From: Convolutriloba macropyga
Lineage: Eukaryota
Assembly: GCF_964194025.1 (NCBI RefSeq)
Contig: NC_134469.1
Coordinates: 43,772,001-43,836,000, forward strand
Direction of reading: 5' to 3'
Length of the DNA stretch: 64,000 nucleotides
A program made the position numbers and the translations under genes. Positions 27,596 through 40,394 of this stretch are shown in pieces. Under the pieces are notes generated by a model, which worked only from the letters and a program-made list of their open reading frames with translations, was not told the origin of the DNA and did not search any database. Numbering within the stretch: position 1 is the stretch's first letter; each line of letters begins with the position of its first letter.

Positions 27596-28639
27596 TCAGT
27601 ATCGTGAGGGACATTTCTGAAATTAATCACAAATTAGGCTTCTTTCATTTCGATCTAATGGACACTATCTCAGTAACTAGATACTACATCGAAATGAGTT
27701 TTTTGTAGCGTGGAAAAGTGACAAATTAGTAAACTTACTCGAAAAAATCTACTTTGGCCACGCAATGAAGCGTTCATCGGCGCCGAAGAGCTGAATTAAC
27801 ATTGCAGCAGCTAGAGGTAGTGGAAAGCGGTTAATTTGATGGAAAGCGGTTTTTGCAGATAAGAACTAACCTCAATTGAAAAAGAAAGCAGTGATAAACG
27901 TGGAGTGTGGCACATCATCGGCGCTATTATGAGTTCCAGAATACTAGTTTCCATTCTAGTTCGTAGCTACTTTCCCTTAACCCAAGACTACTTTGAAGTA
28001 CAGGCGTGGTTGTGAGCTTCAGTGAACAATTTCCAGTCGCTCCTTTTTTCTTTATTGTCAGTGAAGCTATGACCCAGCAAAGGGCTAAAATCTACATTCA
28101 GGGTGAGAGTGAAATCGTTTTCTAATTATATTAATGGCCGAGAGTTTTTTTGAGACATCCAACTCTGATCGTCTCAAAGAATTGTTGATTTACCCTATTA
28201 AAAATAATTAACATTTAATATCCTTTGAGCCTGATTCATCTTCAAATAAGTGCTTAATTTTTTCAACTGCTTCTTTAATTTTTCGTCTTATTTGGAGTAA
28301 AAATTCGACACAGGAAATTTCTCTATTTCCAATTTTTAATCTTTGTTTTTCATTGACTAAAATTTTTACTGATCCTGAGAACATCTTAAGGCTCGACAAT
28401 TTTTACAGATAAAAATAGTTATTAAAAACACAGCTAAATGTTGAGTGGCATCTAATAATAATTGTGGTTTCTGCGTAATCGCAGTGGAACCGCATTAGGC
28501 CTACAGTAGCCTGTTTTCAGCTGCCCTTTTTCTTATTATTCCCCACATTTCAGACTGATCTTTTCATGAGCAGCATTGCTCTTTTTTGGTGACTATAGCC
28601 ACTTTTTTTTGCGTCTGAAACTTTCACGTGGTACCATCA

Positions 28640-28788
28640 TTGCAGCCAACATTGGTCAGGCTATGGTCAACCTGAAGCTATGGTTAAGTAAGAGCTCATC
28701 CTCACACAGACAGCTTCACGGAGGCAGGGGATTGAACTCTCAATCATTGGCGTGTGAACCACACACCTTACCTTTCGGCTATCACGCC
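28640..28788 (-). mobile_element. tRNA-derived SINE-like head
   Basis: Minus strand ggcgtgaTAGCCGAAAGG (A box) ... GAGTTCAATCCC (B box), followed by non-tRNA body. 3' end approximate. Confidence 0.6.
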
Positions 28789-30649
28789 ACTAAGTTCTTA
28801 GAATCTGTTCTTAGAAACATAAAATTGGATCTGTTTTGCCTTTTCGGTTTCAATTTTGTGTCAATTTGTCGATATAATGAATAGCATAAATCGATAAAAC
28901 CATATCATGTGTAAACCTCTAAGCTACTGAGTTTAATCACGCAAAAATTGCATATCATTCATAGATTAAATTTAATTTTCCCGGAGTATATAGGCATGCT
29001 ACACACTGTCACATCAAAAGTTTTCGCGTACTCCCCAATGGCAAGACGCGGTTCGACCCCGATTCATTCGATCCCACGAACTTTTCATTCAAAAACCCTT
29101 CACTTAAACCTACATATCCTTGTTGAAAATCAATTGTTGAAAATCAATTGCTCAAATTGAAAATCAATTGCTAAAATCATATTTAGAATTACATGGAAAA
29201 CCAGAATCGGAGTGAAGTGTTAAACGGATTAATTAACCGGTGTGAAATGATATGATAAAATGGTGAAACTAATTGGGACGGTATTATTGCGGATTCTTTG
29301 ATTGAAACAGTAAAAATTGATATCTGTGAAACCCAAAGAATAAACAAAATTGCATCAATGTCGCCTCCTTTAGAAAAATGTGTCCTTATTTGGGATTCCA
29401 TGTCCTTGTTGACTTCCGCACTCACGCACAACAATGTTTGTTGTCGAATTGCAGTCCCTTCGATTTCCAATTCTTCTCAACCATATTCGCTGTTCTGTAT
29501 CCTGCTCGCCCAAATTATGTTGCATTTCCTCTATATATGTGCACTCCTGGTAATCCTCGTATTTCAGGGTACAGAAACATCTATTAGAATCTGATAGAAG
29601 TCTCGACAAACATGTTTAACCAAATCTGATAGAAATCTCGACAAATATTTTAACCAGTGTATGGAAAATATTTCCGCAGCCCAAAAGTTAAGAGAACATT
29701 GTTTCGCACATCCCAGTAGTTAAAAGTTAAGTTTACGATTCTTTAAATGCAATATTTTCTGAGGCTCACAACAATCCAATCCTGCTGTACACCAAATTGC
29801 CTAAAGTTGCATGCAACAAAAACTTACTTTGAGCAAATTACATAGATAACAATTCTACAAAAACAGTGATGTAGTGGAACATAATGCCCGTATATACGCC
29901 TGTACAAAATGGCGTACGTCTGTACATTTCAAACCAAATCAGAAGGGAAAACCATGGCTACATGAGTTTCTCAATTTTCAATCTTGACACTACATATCTG
30001 ACTTGAAGAATATTAAAATGTCATGAGAAATGAAGAACTCTGATAAATTGAAGTTTCAAGTGTCCTTGAGGTTACAAAAAAAATTTTCTTGTTTTTGTGT
30101 AATTTTCCTGCTAAATACTTTTGCACCCTTAGTGGTTTATCAACAATTATAACTTATAGCAGCTTTAAGAAATCTAAAAAACAAGCGTAAAAAATACGGA
30201 ACATCTCAACTGAAACCTTCTCCAGATTAGGAACTCGGTGGCTCCGACCCCTTGTCTCCGATCTAAGATCTTCACGCTTCTAATACCTTTCTTGGGCTGC
30301 TGAGCTCACTCTTCCTAGTCCAGAAGACCGAAGAGAAACAGCATAAGAAAATGACAGTATGGTCGGTTCGGAATAACAAAAAATTTTGGTATCTTCGTTT
30401 TCGCAGGATTTGAAAAGTGCGGTTTTGAAACGCATGAAACCTTCATGATAGCGTTCTATCTGACGGTATTTCAAACTCTCAGAGAAAAATTCTGAAAGAA
30501 TGTGCAAGTTGAGAACTTTTTTAACTCATTAAAGAAGTATAATATTGTTGTGGGTTCTTAAATTCAAAAATGTATCATACTTGATCAAAATTTATGTGAA
30601 GTATGTTCATCAATTCCAATTAACGGAATTTGATTTGCTTTATTGTGTT

Positions 30650-32480
30650 TTGATGCCTAACATACCGACGGTTACTGACGTTTAAAACTAAACATTTCAA
30701 CGATTTCTTATCCTTGAAATGGAACATACCGACGGCTTCTTACGTCTGAAACCGAACATAACAGACGTTTGAAACGGAACTTTCCGACGGTTATTGATGT
30801 TCGAAACCGAACGTACCAGCGGTTTTTATCTTTGAAATGGAAATTACCGACGGTTTCTTCATTTGAAACCTAACAAAACAAGGGTTTCTTATCTTTGAGT
30901 CTGAGCTTACCGACGGCTACTTTCAATTGAAACCTAACATGCCAACAATTGCTTACCTTTGAAACGGACTTTATCGACAATTACTTACGTTTGAAACTGA
31001 ACAGATAAACAATTTTTCACATTTGAAACGAACTTGCCAACGGTTATTGACTTTTGAAACCTAACTTACTATCGGCTTCTTACGATTGAAAACGAACATA
31101 CCAATGGTTCCTTACGTTTGAAACGGAATTTGCCAATGGTTATTGACGTTTGAAATCAAACATACCAGCGGTTTCTTATCTTTAAAATGGAACTTAAGGA
31201 CGATTTCTTACATTTGAAACCTAACACACCAACGGCTTCATACGTTTGATGCGGAACTTACCGACCGACAGATATTGACATTTGAAACCAATCATATCAA
31301 CGGTTTCTTATCTTTGAAACGGAACTCACCGACAGTTTCTTACCATTGAAAACTAACATACCAACAATTGCTTACCTTTGAAACGGACTACAACGACAAT
31401 TTTCTACGTTTGAAACCAAAAATACAAACGTATTCTTATTTTTGAAGTCAAACATACCAACGATTTTTTAATTTTGAAACGGAACTTAACGACGGTTTCT
31501 TACGTTTAGAACCAAACAAACCAGTGGTTTTTTACGTTTGAAACCAAACATATCAGCTGTTTCATACGTTTGAACCGAACCTACCCTCGTTTTCTTACGT
31601 TTGAGGCCAAACATAACAGCGTTTTATACGTTTGAAACCCAAATAATCACGGAATTTTATTTGTTTCATTGTGAATGGAAGCTTATCAAACCGATGATTA
31701 TTGACGTTAAAAAGTGAACATATCAATAATTTTCTTAAATTTGAAGGGGATTATACCAATAGTTTCTTACGTTTAAAACAAGACATAACAGCGGTTTTCT
31801 ATCTTTGAAACAAAGCTTACCGACGGTTTCTTACATTTGAAACCGAACATAACAACGGTTTCTTATCTTTGAAAAGGAATTTAACGACGGTTTCTTACGA
31901 TTGAAATTTAACACAACATTATTTGATTACCTTTGAGACGGACTTTATCGACAATTTCTTACGTTTGAAACTGAACATTTAAACAAATTTTCACATTTTA
32001 AACGGAACTTACCGACGGTTATTGACTTTTGAAACCTATAATTCCAACGTTTTCTTACGTTTGAAGCCGAACTTACCGACAGTTATTGTTGTTTGAAACC
32101 AAAGAATCTAAGGGTTTCTTATCTTTGAAACGGAACTTACTGACGTTTTATTATATTTGAAACCTAACATACCATCGTTTTCTTATCTTTAAGTCCGAAT
32201 TTACCGACCGCTGCTTTCGATTGAAACCTAACATGCCAACAATTGTTTAACTTTGAATCGGACTTTATCGACAATTTCAATTTCTTCCGTTTGAAACTAA
32301 ACATATAAACAATTTTTCACATTTGAAACGGAATTATCGGACGGCTTCTTGCGTTTGAAAACGATCATACCAACGGTTCCTTGCGTTTGAAACGGAATTT
32401 GCCAATGATTATTGACGTTTGAAACCTAACATACCAACGGTTGCTTACGTTTGAAACCAAACAAAGCGGTAAAATTGTAT
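30650..32480. repeat. Degenerate ~30-32 bp minisatellite array
   Basis: Consensus tttgaaac(c/g)gaac(a/t)taccgacggtttcttacg repeated over ~1.8 kb. A short related tract lies on the opposite strand near 3340-3490. Confidence 0.92.
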
Positions 32481-33880
32481 TTTTTCAAACCGACCACACC
32501 AACAATTGAACTTTTTCACATTCCCAAAAAAAACTTAACAGCTTTCGTCGTTTTTGTCCAACTAAAACCGAACCTACTGACAATTTTCTTAAGTTTATAA
32601 GTTTTTAAACAGTTATTTCTGAACTAGGACAGGCTGGTTAGTTAAATTTATGGAATAATTGAACTTTAAAAAATGAGCGTAGGACCCACAGAATGTTCAC
32701 ACTTGACGGGCTTTTAATAACTATGAAAATTTTATTACGGGAAGAAAATTCAGATAGATAAATGTCAATATCTCTGGACCCCGATATTCGGTGCAATCAT
32801 TCGAGAGGTTGATTGGACTGTTTCTTCTGCCGATTTGCCTACTCGTAGTACGTTCTTGTCGATGTTCCTGTTGTTATAACACTTTCGTTTTCTTTGAAAA
32901 CCACGCTGCTGTATGGGAGCACTGGAGTTGAAAATCATTGCATCTTGCTTCCACGTTAATTTGAAGTAAAAACTAAACTTTGACCAACCTTAATGTTAAA
33001 ACGGAACTAAATTTTTGAGCTTGTCGATCCGCGCCTTCTTCATCTGCAGTAAAGAGTGAGTATTAAGCTACCTAAAGGAAAATTGCTGCTACTCCAACTC
33101 GCATCTATAATTACCGATTACAGAAATTATTTCTCCTATAAAAATGGATGTATTGTGGCTTAAAATTCCGCTAAATTCTAATTGTTTCTAATTGATTCTT
33201 AATTTAGGTCATCGATAAATTTTGTTTATTTATGAGACCTAGAAACTTTAAAGTCTCTACACTTAACTCCTTTGTGTTGTGGCTTTACTCTATTACTACG
33301 TTGGAATTGATTTTGACACATTGAACTACTGCGCTGCGTTGTGAGTCGGGTTATTATCAACTTTTTGCCGATAAACCGAATGAGTTAGGCTGTTGCTCAA
33401 AAGCTGGAGAAAAATTTAAAGGCTGAGCATAAAAATTAGATTCTAATTGATTCTTCAAAAACTAGTTTTGTTCAAAATAAGGTCAAGAATTTCAATCTGC
33501 TCAAACATACTGCTTTTCAAAACGATATAAAAATGTTTTATGAGGATAAAGTTCTAATGCAAGGCAATAAAAGAAGATAATTTTTATTTCGGCAAAAAAA
33601 TTGTCGCAATAAGGTTTTTTGAAACAAACTAATTGTCCTAAAACTCAAAACGACCTTGGGCTTTGTCGGCATAGCTATTTGATCATTTGGTGACTTATGT
33701 TAATTTTTTTTGGTCTGTCAAGAAATCATTAATTTTTCCTTGATTTAAAAATATCTTCAAGAGCATGGCTCACTGCATTACGAAGTTTTTGTATCTTGCT
33801 ATTCAGTCTTTTATAATAAAAATCTTTCAATAGTTCTTCATAGTTGGCTAAAATTATAAACAGAAAACTCTTAGAGCCTA

Positions 33881-34324
33881 ATGGATCTTTTCTGCTAGCG
33901 CCCCCCCCCCCCCCCCCCCGCTTAGTTAGGCACCCCCCATTTATAAATGTGTAAACATATTGTTAAAGCTAAGTAATCTTACACGTAAACATATATGAGC
34001 AATGTGCATTTACTAAAAGCTAGGACAGCTATGGTTTGAAATTATTACGTATTCAAGCAAAATTTGTTGCATATAACGTAAGCATCATTAAAAATTTCTC
34101 TATTAGATCATTTTTGGTGTTATCGGCTACAATAAGGGCTTGAATTTTTAAAACTTTTTTAAGGAAATGAATCTAAAAGTGCCTTCAATCTACCTAGACA
34201 CTTGTTTCAATGAATTTTGCAAATATCGCTCTTACAATTCGCGAAAACTTAGATTTTGGGGGGTGCAAATATATCGGCTATATAAGCCGGGGGGGGGGGG
34301 GGGCGCTAGCAGAAAAGATCCGCC
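33881..34324. mobile_element. MITE with poly-C/poly-G-containing TIRs, flanked by TA
   Basis: ggatcttttctgctagcg(C)n at 33883 and (G)ncgctagcagaaaagatcc ending at 34321; TA on both sides. Confidence 0.8.
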
Positions 34325-35339
34325 TAATTTACTGGAAAAAAACACTAGCAAATGACAGATTTTAAGGCATAATAACGTTTAATACTCCACTACTAATGGA
34401 GCTCTGCTGACTAAATAAGTAAAGTCTTCGGAGGGTAGACACTACAGTAGAGCCACAACAACATGTTCAGCAAATTTTCCTTATTTGTTTACTCAACGCC
34501 CAAATGGATTTTTTTAGGATTTGTAAACATACTTAGTTAGTGTCAATTGAAAATCAGTTACGACCTACTTGACCATCCCATATCAATTTCGCCACGTATG
34601 CACAATTTAGGAGATCATCTTAAATATTTCACCATGATCTTTGCGATCGATTTTTTTAAACTATTCCCTAACATACAAGTTAATCTCAAAAAATGATGTT
34701 TAAAACATATATTTTACATTCTGTTGATAAATTAACCTCCAGTCAGTCAAAGATTTTTGGTAACCTATAAAACGCATAACTTGCAGTAAAAACAAACGCT
34801 GAAAAATTATAAAAAAACTGAGCTGAAACTTAAAATGTGGCCTTACTAGAGTGACAGACGGTGCGTATACAGGCGCAATTCACCATTGAGCGGTCAAATT
34901 GTTGCATTGTATTCGTTCTAACAAAAGTAATCAGTGATTGTACAGCTTGCCTAACATTGAAATCTCAGCGGGAAAAGAACTTTGATATACAGAAATTCCT
35001 TGCTGTCAAAATATTCCCGAAGAAGGGGAAACTTTGTGCAATTTCCAGAGTAAATTCCTCCAAGTGACCAAAGCAAAACCAAGAGAGAGACTTGTAATAT
35101 TACAGCTAAGGAAATGAATTTTTTAAAAGTGTTTTCTATACCTAACGAGTACTTTTTGTAACCTTTGAATTGAAAAACCGTAATTTGCGTAACTATAGCA
35201 ATTTTTCAATTGCACATTTTGGTTGGGAAAGGAACTCTAATATTCGAATTTCGTGGTATTGTTATTTTTAGAAGTCAATAAGTTGGTCAGCGGAGCTGTA
35301 ATTCTACTGGTTGAGACTAGCTAAACATCAAGTATGGCA

Positions 35340-35470
35340 AGTAATTGTAAAATGTGGATCCCAGCGCACCCTCGCATTCGCTCAACGTTCGCTGGGATGC
35401 CACATTTTACAATTACTCTACACACATTAAAATTTCGATCGAATAGCTCATTTTTGAGTAATTTCACATT
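35340..35470 (+). repeat. Left terminal inverted repeat (131 bp)
   Basis: Reverse complement of 50826-50958, apart from a few differences in the hairpin loop and T-runs. Confidence 0.95.
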
Positions 35471-35746
35471 CACTAAATTTTCACTGTGTTAGTCAAATTT
35501 ATAATTACTTTATACATAGTAAATTTTGATCAAATAGCTCATTTTGATTAATTTTTTATATTCACTCAATTTTTTGCTTGAGATCCACATTTTTGCAATT
35601 ATATATTTTAAAAATTGATTAAATAACTCATTTTTTGATGAATTTTTAAAATATCGCCAAAACATTAGATTTGAATTAATTTTAACATATTTGATCAACA
35701 TTCAATATATGAAAAATTATTTTTTGAAAATTTCGAAATAAAAATA

Positions 35747-38700
35747 ATGGATATATTTTGTGAAACTTGTAACAGAGAGTTCAAAACTAATAAAACACTT
35801 CATAAACATTACTCGAGTAAAATACATAAGGATAAAGTGGAAAAACATCAAAATCAAGATATGATGAATAAATTAGATGAATATATCAAGACATTACCCA
35901 ATGATATTACTACTTGTTTTAATAATTCTGTTATACAAATAAGTTCAATTCGCAATAAAGATGATGGATATAAAGATAACTTTGAAGATATTCTTGATAA
36001 CATAACATCTTTTACTCATAATCCAATAAAAATATATTTATCCGAAGAAATTGAATATAAAAAAGGAGAAACAAAGTTTATTATGGGACATACTACTATT
36101 CCACAAGTTTACACAGCAGGTATTTATTTATCACATTTGAATAAAATAGAAAAATTATTAAATGAGGCAGAATTAAGAGAATCAGGTTGGATGATTCGAA
36201 GGAGAATATCACGAACATTACATATTTCGTATTATAATTCAGCTGGTGGATCGTATATAGAATTACCTTTCAAATCACCATATATTATTAATGTTAAGAA
36301 TATGGATGATGATATGTGTATAATTTGGAGTTTATTAGCATATATGTTTCCAGCAACAAAGGATAAACAAAGAATATCTAAATATTTAGATCATCTTAAT
36401 TCAATTATTTTACCATCCTTTGATTTTCCATATAATTATAATGATATAAAAAAGTTACACAAATTGAATAATGTAGATTTTAATATATTTGAGATTGATG
36501 AAGATAAAAGAATTAAAGGAATAATATTTAGATCTCATAATAATTATAAGGGTTGTAATCTTTTATTATATAAAAATCACTATGTTTTATGTACTAATAT
36601 ATCCACTATAATTAGAAATTCAAATAGAATGTCATATCCATGTTTAAATTGTCTAACAAGCTACTCATCAGAACAAATATTAGAAAATCATAAAATAATG
36701 TGTGAAGATCATAAAGCAGTAAAAATTACCTATTCGCATAATGATTACCATCAGTTTGATAAATGGTGTTACAAAAACAGAGTTCATTTTACAATGTATT
36801 GTGATATTGAAAGTTTTAACACTAAAGTAAACACACAAAAACCATTCTGTTATAATCTTATAATTAAATCTAGTTATCCTGATCTAATGGAAGAACATGA
36901 AGTTACTTATATGGGTAAAGATTGTGGTGAACATTTAGCCAACACAATAATAAAATATGAGGATAAATTTAAAAAACTACTGAATGAAAACATTGTAATG
37001 AATGATGAATCAGTTACTGGAGAACCTAATATTTGTTTCTATTGTAATAAAAAATTAGGTGAAGACATAGTAAGAGATCATGACCACTTTAATGGTAAAT
37101 TCAGAGGATATGCTCATAATATATGTAATTTAAATGCTAAGAAACCTAATTTTGTTCCAGTATGCTTTTATAATGGATCAAAATATGACATACATCTTTT
37201 CATTAAAGAATTAGCTATAACAAAGTTGAAGATGAAAGCATTAGCTAAAACAGAAGAAGAGTTCTTTTCTTTAAATATAGGATGTATTAGAATATTAGAT
37301 GCATTTAGATTTTTTACACCACTAAGTTTAGATGTGGTAGCAAAAACATTAGGTGGAGAACAAAGAAAAGGATTTTATCCTTATGACTGGATTGATGAAA
37401 AATGGGAAGAAAGATGAATTCAACTGAGTTTCCTCCACAAGAAACATTCTATTCTAAACTAAAGCAAGAGGGAATATCAGATGAGGATTATCTTAATGCT
37501 AAAAAAAATTTGACAATGATTGTAAAACTTTTGCAGATTATACAATTATGTATCTAAAACAAGATGTAAAATTACTAGCAAAGGTATTTGAAAAATTTAG
37601 AGATAAACGTATAGATGAATATAAAATAGATCCATGTTATAGATATTCATCACCAGGTTTATCATGGATATGTGGATCAAAGTTTACAGAACAAAGATTA
37701 AAACATTACCAAAAAGATACATATGATATATTACTCATGATTGAAAAAGGAATAAGAGGTGGTATTGCATCAATACTTGGTGATAGATATGTTAAACCTT
37801 GGAATAGATATACACAACCAGAAAATTATGAAATAAATAAATTATGCAAGTTATTGGATGACATGGACTTTGACCCATTGCATAGCATGGCCTTTGACTC
37901 AAATAAAGCACAAGAAGGCTATCTATTATATTATGATTTTAACTCATTATATCCATCAAGTATGGTAGAAGAACTACCTATAGGTGAATTTATTAAATGT
38001 AATGACCTACCTTACGAAACTACTAAAGATGGAGACTTTGGTGTAATATATGAAATAAATATTAAATATTCCAATGACCTTAAACAGAAAACAGAAGTCT
38101 TCCCTTATTTTCCAGAAAATTCAAAACCATATACTGAAGAATTTACTAATTATCAAGAAGTAAACAAACCCAATAAATACAAACCATTAGAGAAATTAAT
38201 GCTTACATTACATGATAAAAATAACTATGTTATAGAAGGAAGAATGCTTAATTGGTATTTAAACAATGGTGTTAATTTAGAAGATATAACAATTATCAAA
38301 AAAAATCAAATATGAGAAAAGTAAATGGTTAAAACCATATATAGAGTATAATGTAAAGAAAAGAGATGAAGCAAAAGCTTATAATGATAAATTTGGTGAA
38401 ATGTTTTATAAATTAATGAGTAACTCATTCTATGGTAAAACATTAGAAAATGTAAGAAATAGACAAGATGTAGAAATTGTAAATAAATTAGATAGATGCA
38501 AACAACTAGTAGGTAAAGCAACATATAAATCAACATCAATATTTTCTAATAATCTTGTTGCTATACACAATTATAGAAGTGTAGTTAAACAAGATAAATT
38601 TAATTATATAGGATTTGTAATATTAGAACTTAGTAAACTTAAGATTTATGAATTTGTGTATAATGTATTGAAACCAATATATAATAATAATTTCAGCTTA

Positions 38701-39117
38701 TGTTACATGGACACTGATAGCTTACACATACATCTAAAAGATGACCCAAACAAAATGAAAGAATACATAGGAAGTAAATTAGGACAAATGAAAGACGAGT
38801 TAAAAAACGAATACATAACAGAGGCTATATTTTTAGCACCAAAAGTATACTATTTTGAAACAACAAAAGAACAAACTCTTAAAGCAAAAGTTGTAACCAA
38901 ACCATCTCAAAAACATCAACTAAACAGAGATGATTATTATAATGCATTGTTTAACAATGAAAACAAATATGTTGAACAATTTAAATTAAGATCAATTAAA
39001 CATGATATGAATATTGTAAATGAAAAAAAGCTTGCATTATCACCATTTGATGATAAAAGAATTGTAGATGGTGTAAAAACTAAACCGTATGGTTGGTTCG
39101 AATACCTAATACTATAA
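35747..39117 (+). pseudogene. pPolB: Protein-primed family B DNA polymerase with three 1-nt frameshifts
   Basis: N-terminal C2H2 finger; OTU-like NMDDDMCIIWSLLA...HYVL; ExoI YCDIES; EndoVII/HNH insert CFYC...RDHDHFNGKFRGYAHNICN; ExoII NGSKYD; ExoIII YLKQDV; GIRGG; motif A DFNSLYPS, B KLMSNSFYGK, C YMDTDS. Frames join at ~37410, ~37501-37508 and ~38298-38305. Confidence 0.95.
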
Positions 39118-39124
39118 TAATTTA

Positions 39125-39421
39125 TAAAAACTAAATATAGAACTAAATATAAAACTAAATATAAAACTAAGTAATTTTTATGATAAAAGGTTTTACGTAA
39201 ATAACATTAAAAGCTATCCTCACGATGAGAATCTATATCTATTCAAAAGAGATCTAGTAAATAAAATCTGTGAAGCATATTTAAACTTAAATCCACGAAG
39301 CGGTTTCACCAATAAAGACCTGTGAAACAGCTTCGCTGATAAATAATATTAAAGAGCTAACCATTAATGATGATAGAAAGTTAATCCTTGCTGCAATTAC
39401 ACTATATAATGATTTATTATA
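39125..39421 (+). pseudogene. Short disrupted ORF starting with a PolB C-terminus-like motif
   Basis: KLSNFYDKRFYVNNIKSYPHDENLYLFKRDLVNKICEAYL..., then after a frameshift LINNIKELTINDDRKLILAAITLYNDLL*. No ATG. Confidence 0.35.
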
Positions 39422-39431
39422 ATTATAAAAA

Positions 39432-40370
39432 ATGACTAAATTAGATAAACTTATAGAATTAAACAATCTAGAAAAACAAAACAGAAGAAATAGATTAGAC
39501 GATAAATTAAAACAACAAGAGTATTATGGTGAAATAGAAGAGTTATTTGCTCCTTTAACTAAAACACTAAATGCAAACAATGAACAGAATCTAGCAGTAA
39601 GTGAACAAACATTAAGAGCAATAGATTGGCAAAATCAAGAGTTAGATAAACAAACTAAGATGATCAGTGAAACTGCTTCGCAGATTGGTGAAACTGCTTC
39701 GCAGATCGATCAAGCTGGTTACCAGTTTAATGAAACTGCTTCCAAGATGGGTGAAACGTTAAAGGGGACTCAAGAAATAGCACCAGTTTTTGTTGATACA
39801 AAGATAGCCAAGAATCTTCATAAAATGGGTACTCAAACTAATCCTCAATTAAAATTAAATCTTGTAGATTTGCCTACTAAAAGATACAAAATGAATGGTG
39901 TTGATATAACCCTAGAGCAGGGTGCATTTTTAGTTAGGGATAATATATACGAATTCTCAGAAGGATTTATTGAATTTCTCACTAACCCAAATGTAACATA
40001 TAACGATGATATCGAAGAAGATGAAAACAAAATTAAAAGGTTTTTAAAGGATATTAGATATGATTTAGGAAAAGGGGATAAGAAAAGCGCTAGATATAGA
40101 ACAATAAAACGTATAATGGAAGTAAGAGATGATATATTTGGCAGAGGGTTAAATACCAACCAACAAAGTTGCCACCACTACGTGGATCAGGGAACCTGCT
40201 TTGCAGATCCAAATAATTTAGTAGAAAAATTAGAATTATTAATACTAGAAACGAAAGCTGGTCATGACGGATTATATGATGAAATGCTAGATATATCTAA
40301 GCAACTATTATCTATGAATGTTATTAATCAAGAACAACTAGATAATTTTGTTTTTAACTATGATAAATAA
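39432..40370 (+). CDS. Conserved Polinton accessory/core protein (coiled-coil N-terminus, C-terminal DPN.LV..L.LL motif), 312 aa
   Basis: C-terminal DPNNLVEKLELLILETKAGHDGLYDEMLDI resembles a motif I recognise from animal Polinton proteins. Candidate protease site IFGRG. Confidence 0.8.
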   Translation: MTKLDKLIELNNLEKQNRRNRLDDKLKQQEYYGEIEELFAPLTKTLNANNEQNLAVSEQTLRAIDWQNQELDKQTKMISETASQIGETASQIDQAGYQFNETASKMGETLKGTQEIAPVFVDTKIAKNLHKMGTQTNPQLKLNLVDLPTKRYKMNGVDITLEQGAFLVRDNIYEFSEGFIEFLTNPNVTYNDDIEEDENKIKRFLKDIRYDLGKGDKKSARYRTIKRIMEVRDDIFGRGLNTNQQSCHHYVDQGTCFADPNNLVEKLELLILETKAGHDGLYDEMLDISKQLLSMNVINQEQLDNFVFNYDK

Positions 40371-40394
40371 AGGGTAAACCTGACTACGCGCATA

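Noticed and set aside
30650-32480. CRISPR-like appearance (GTTTGAAAC motif about every 31 bp)
   Set aside because: Units are contiguous degenerate tandem copies with no unique spacers, there are no cas genes, and the context is eukaryotic.
37405-38310. Programmed ribosomal frameshifting in pPolB
   Set aside because: Three shifts in mixed directions, plus similar indels in other genes, fit error or decay better.
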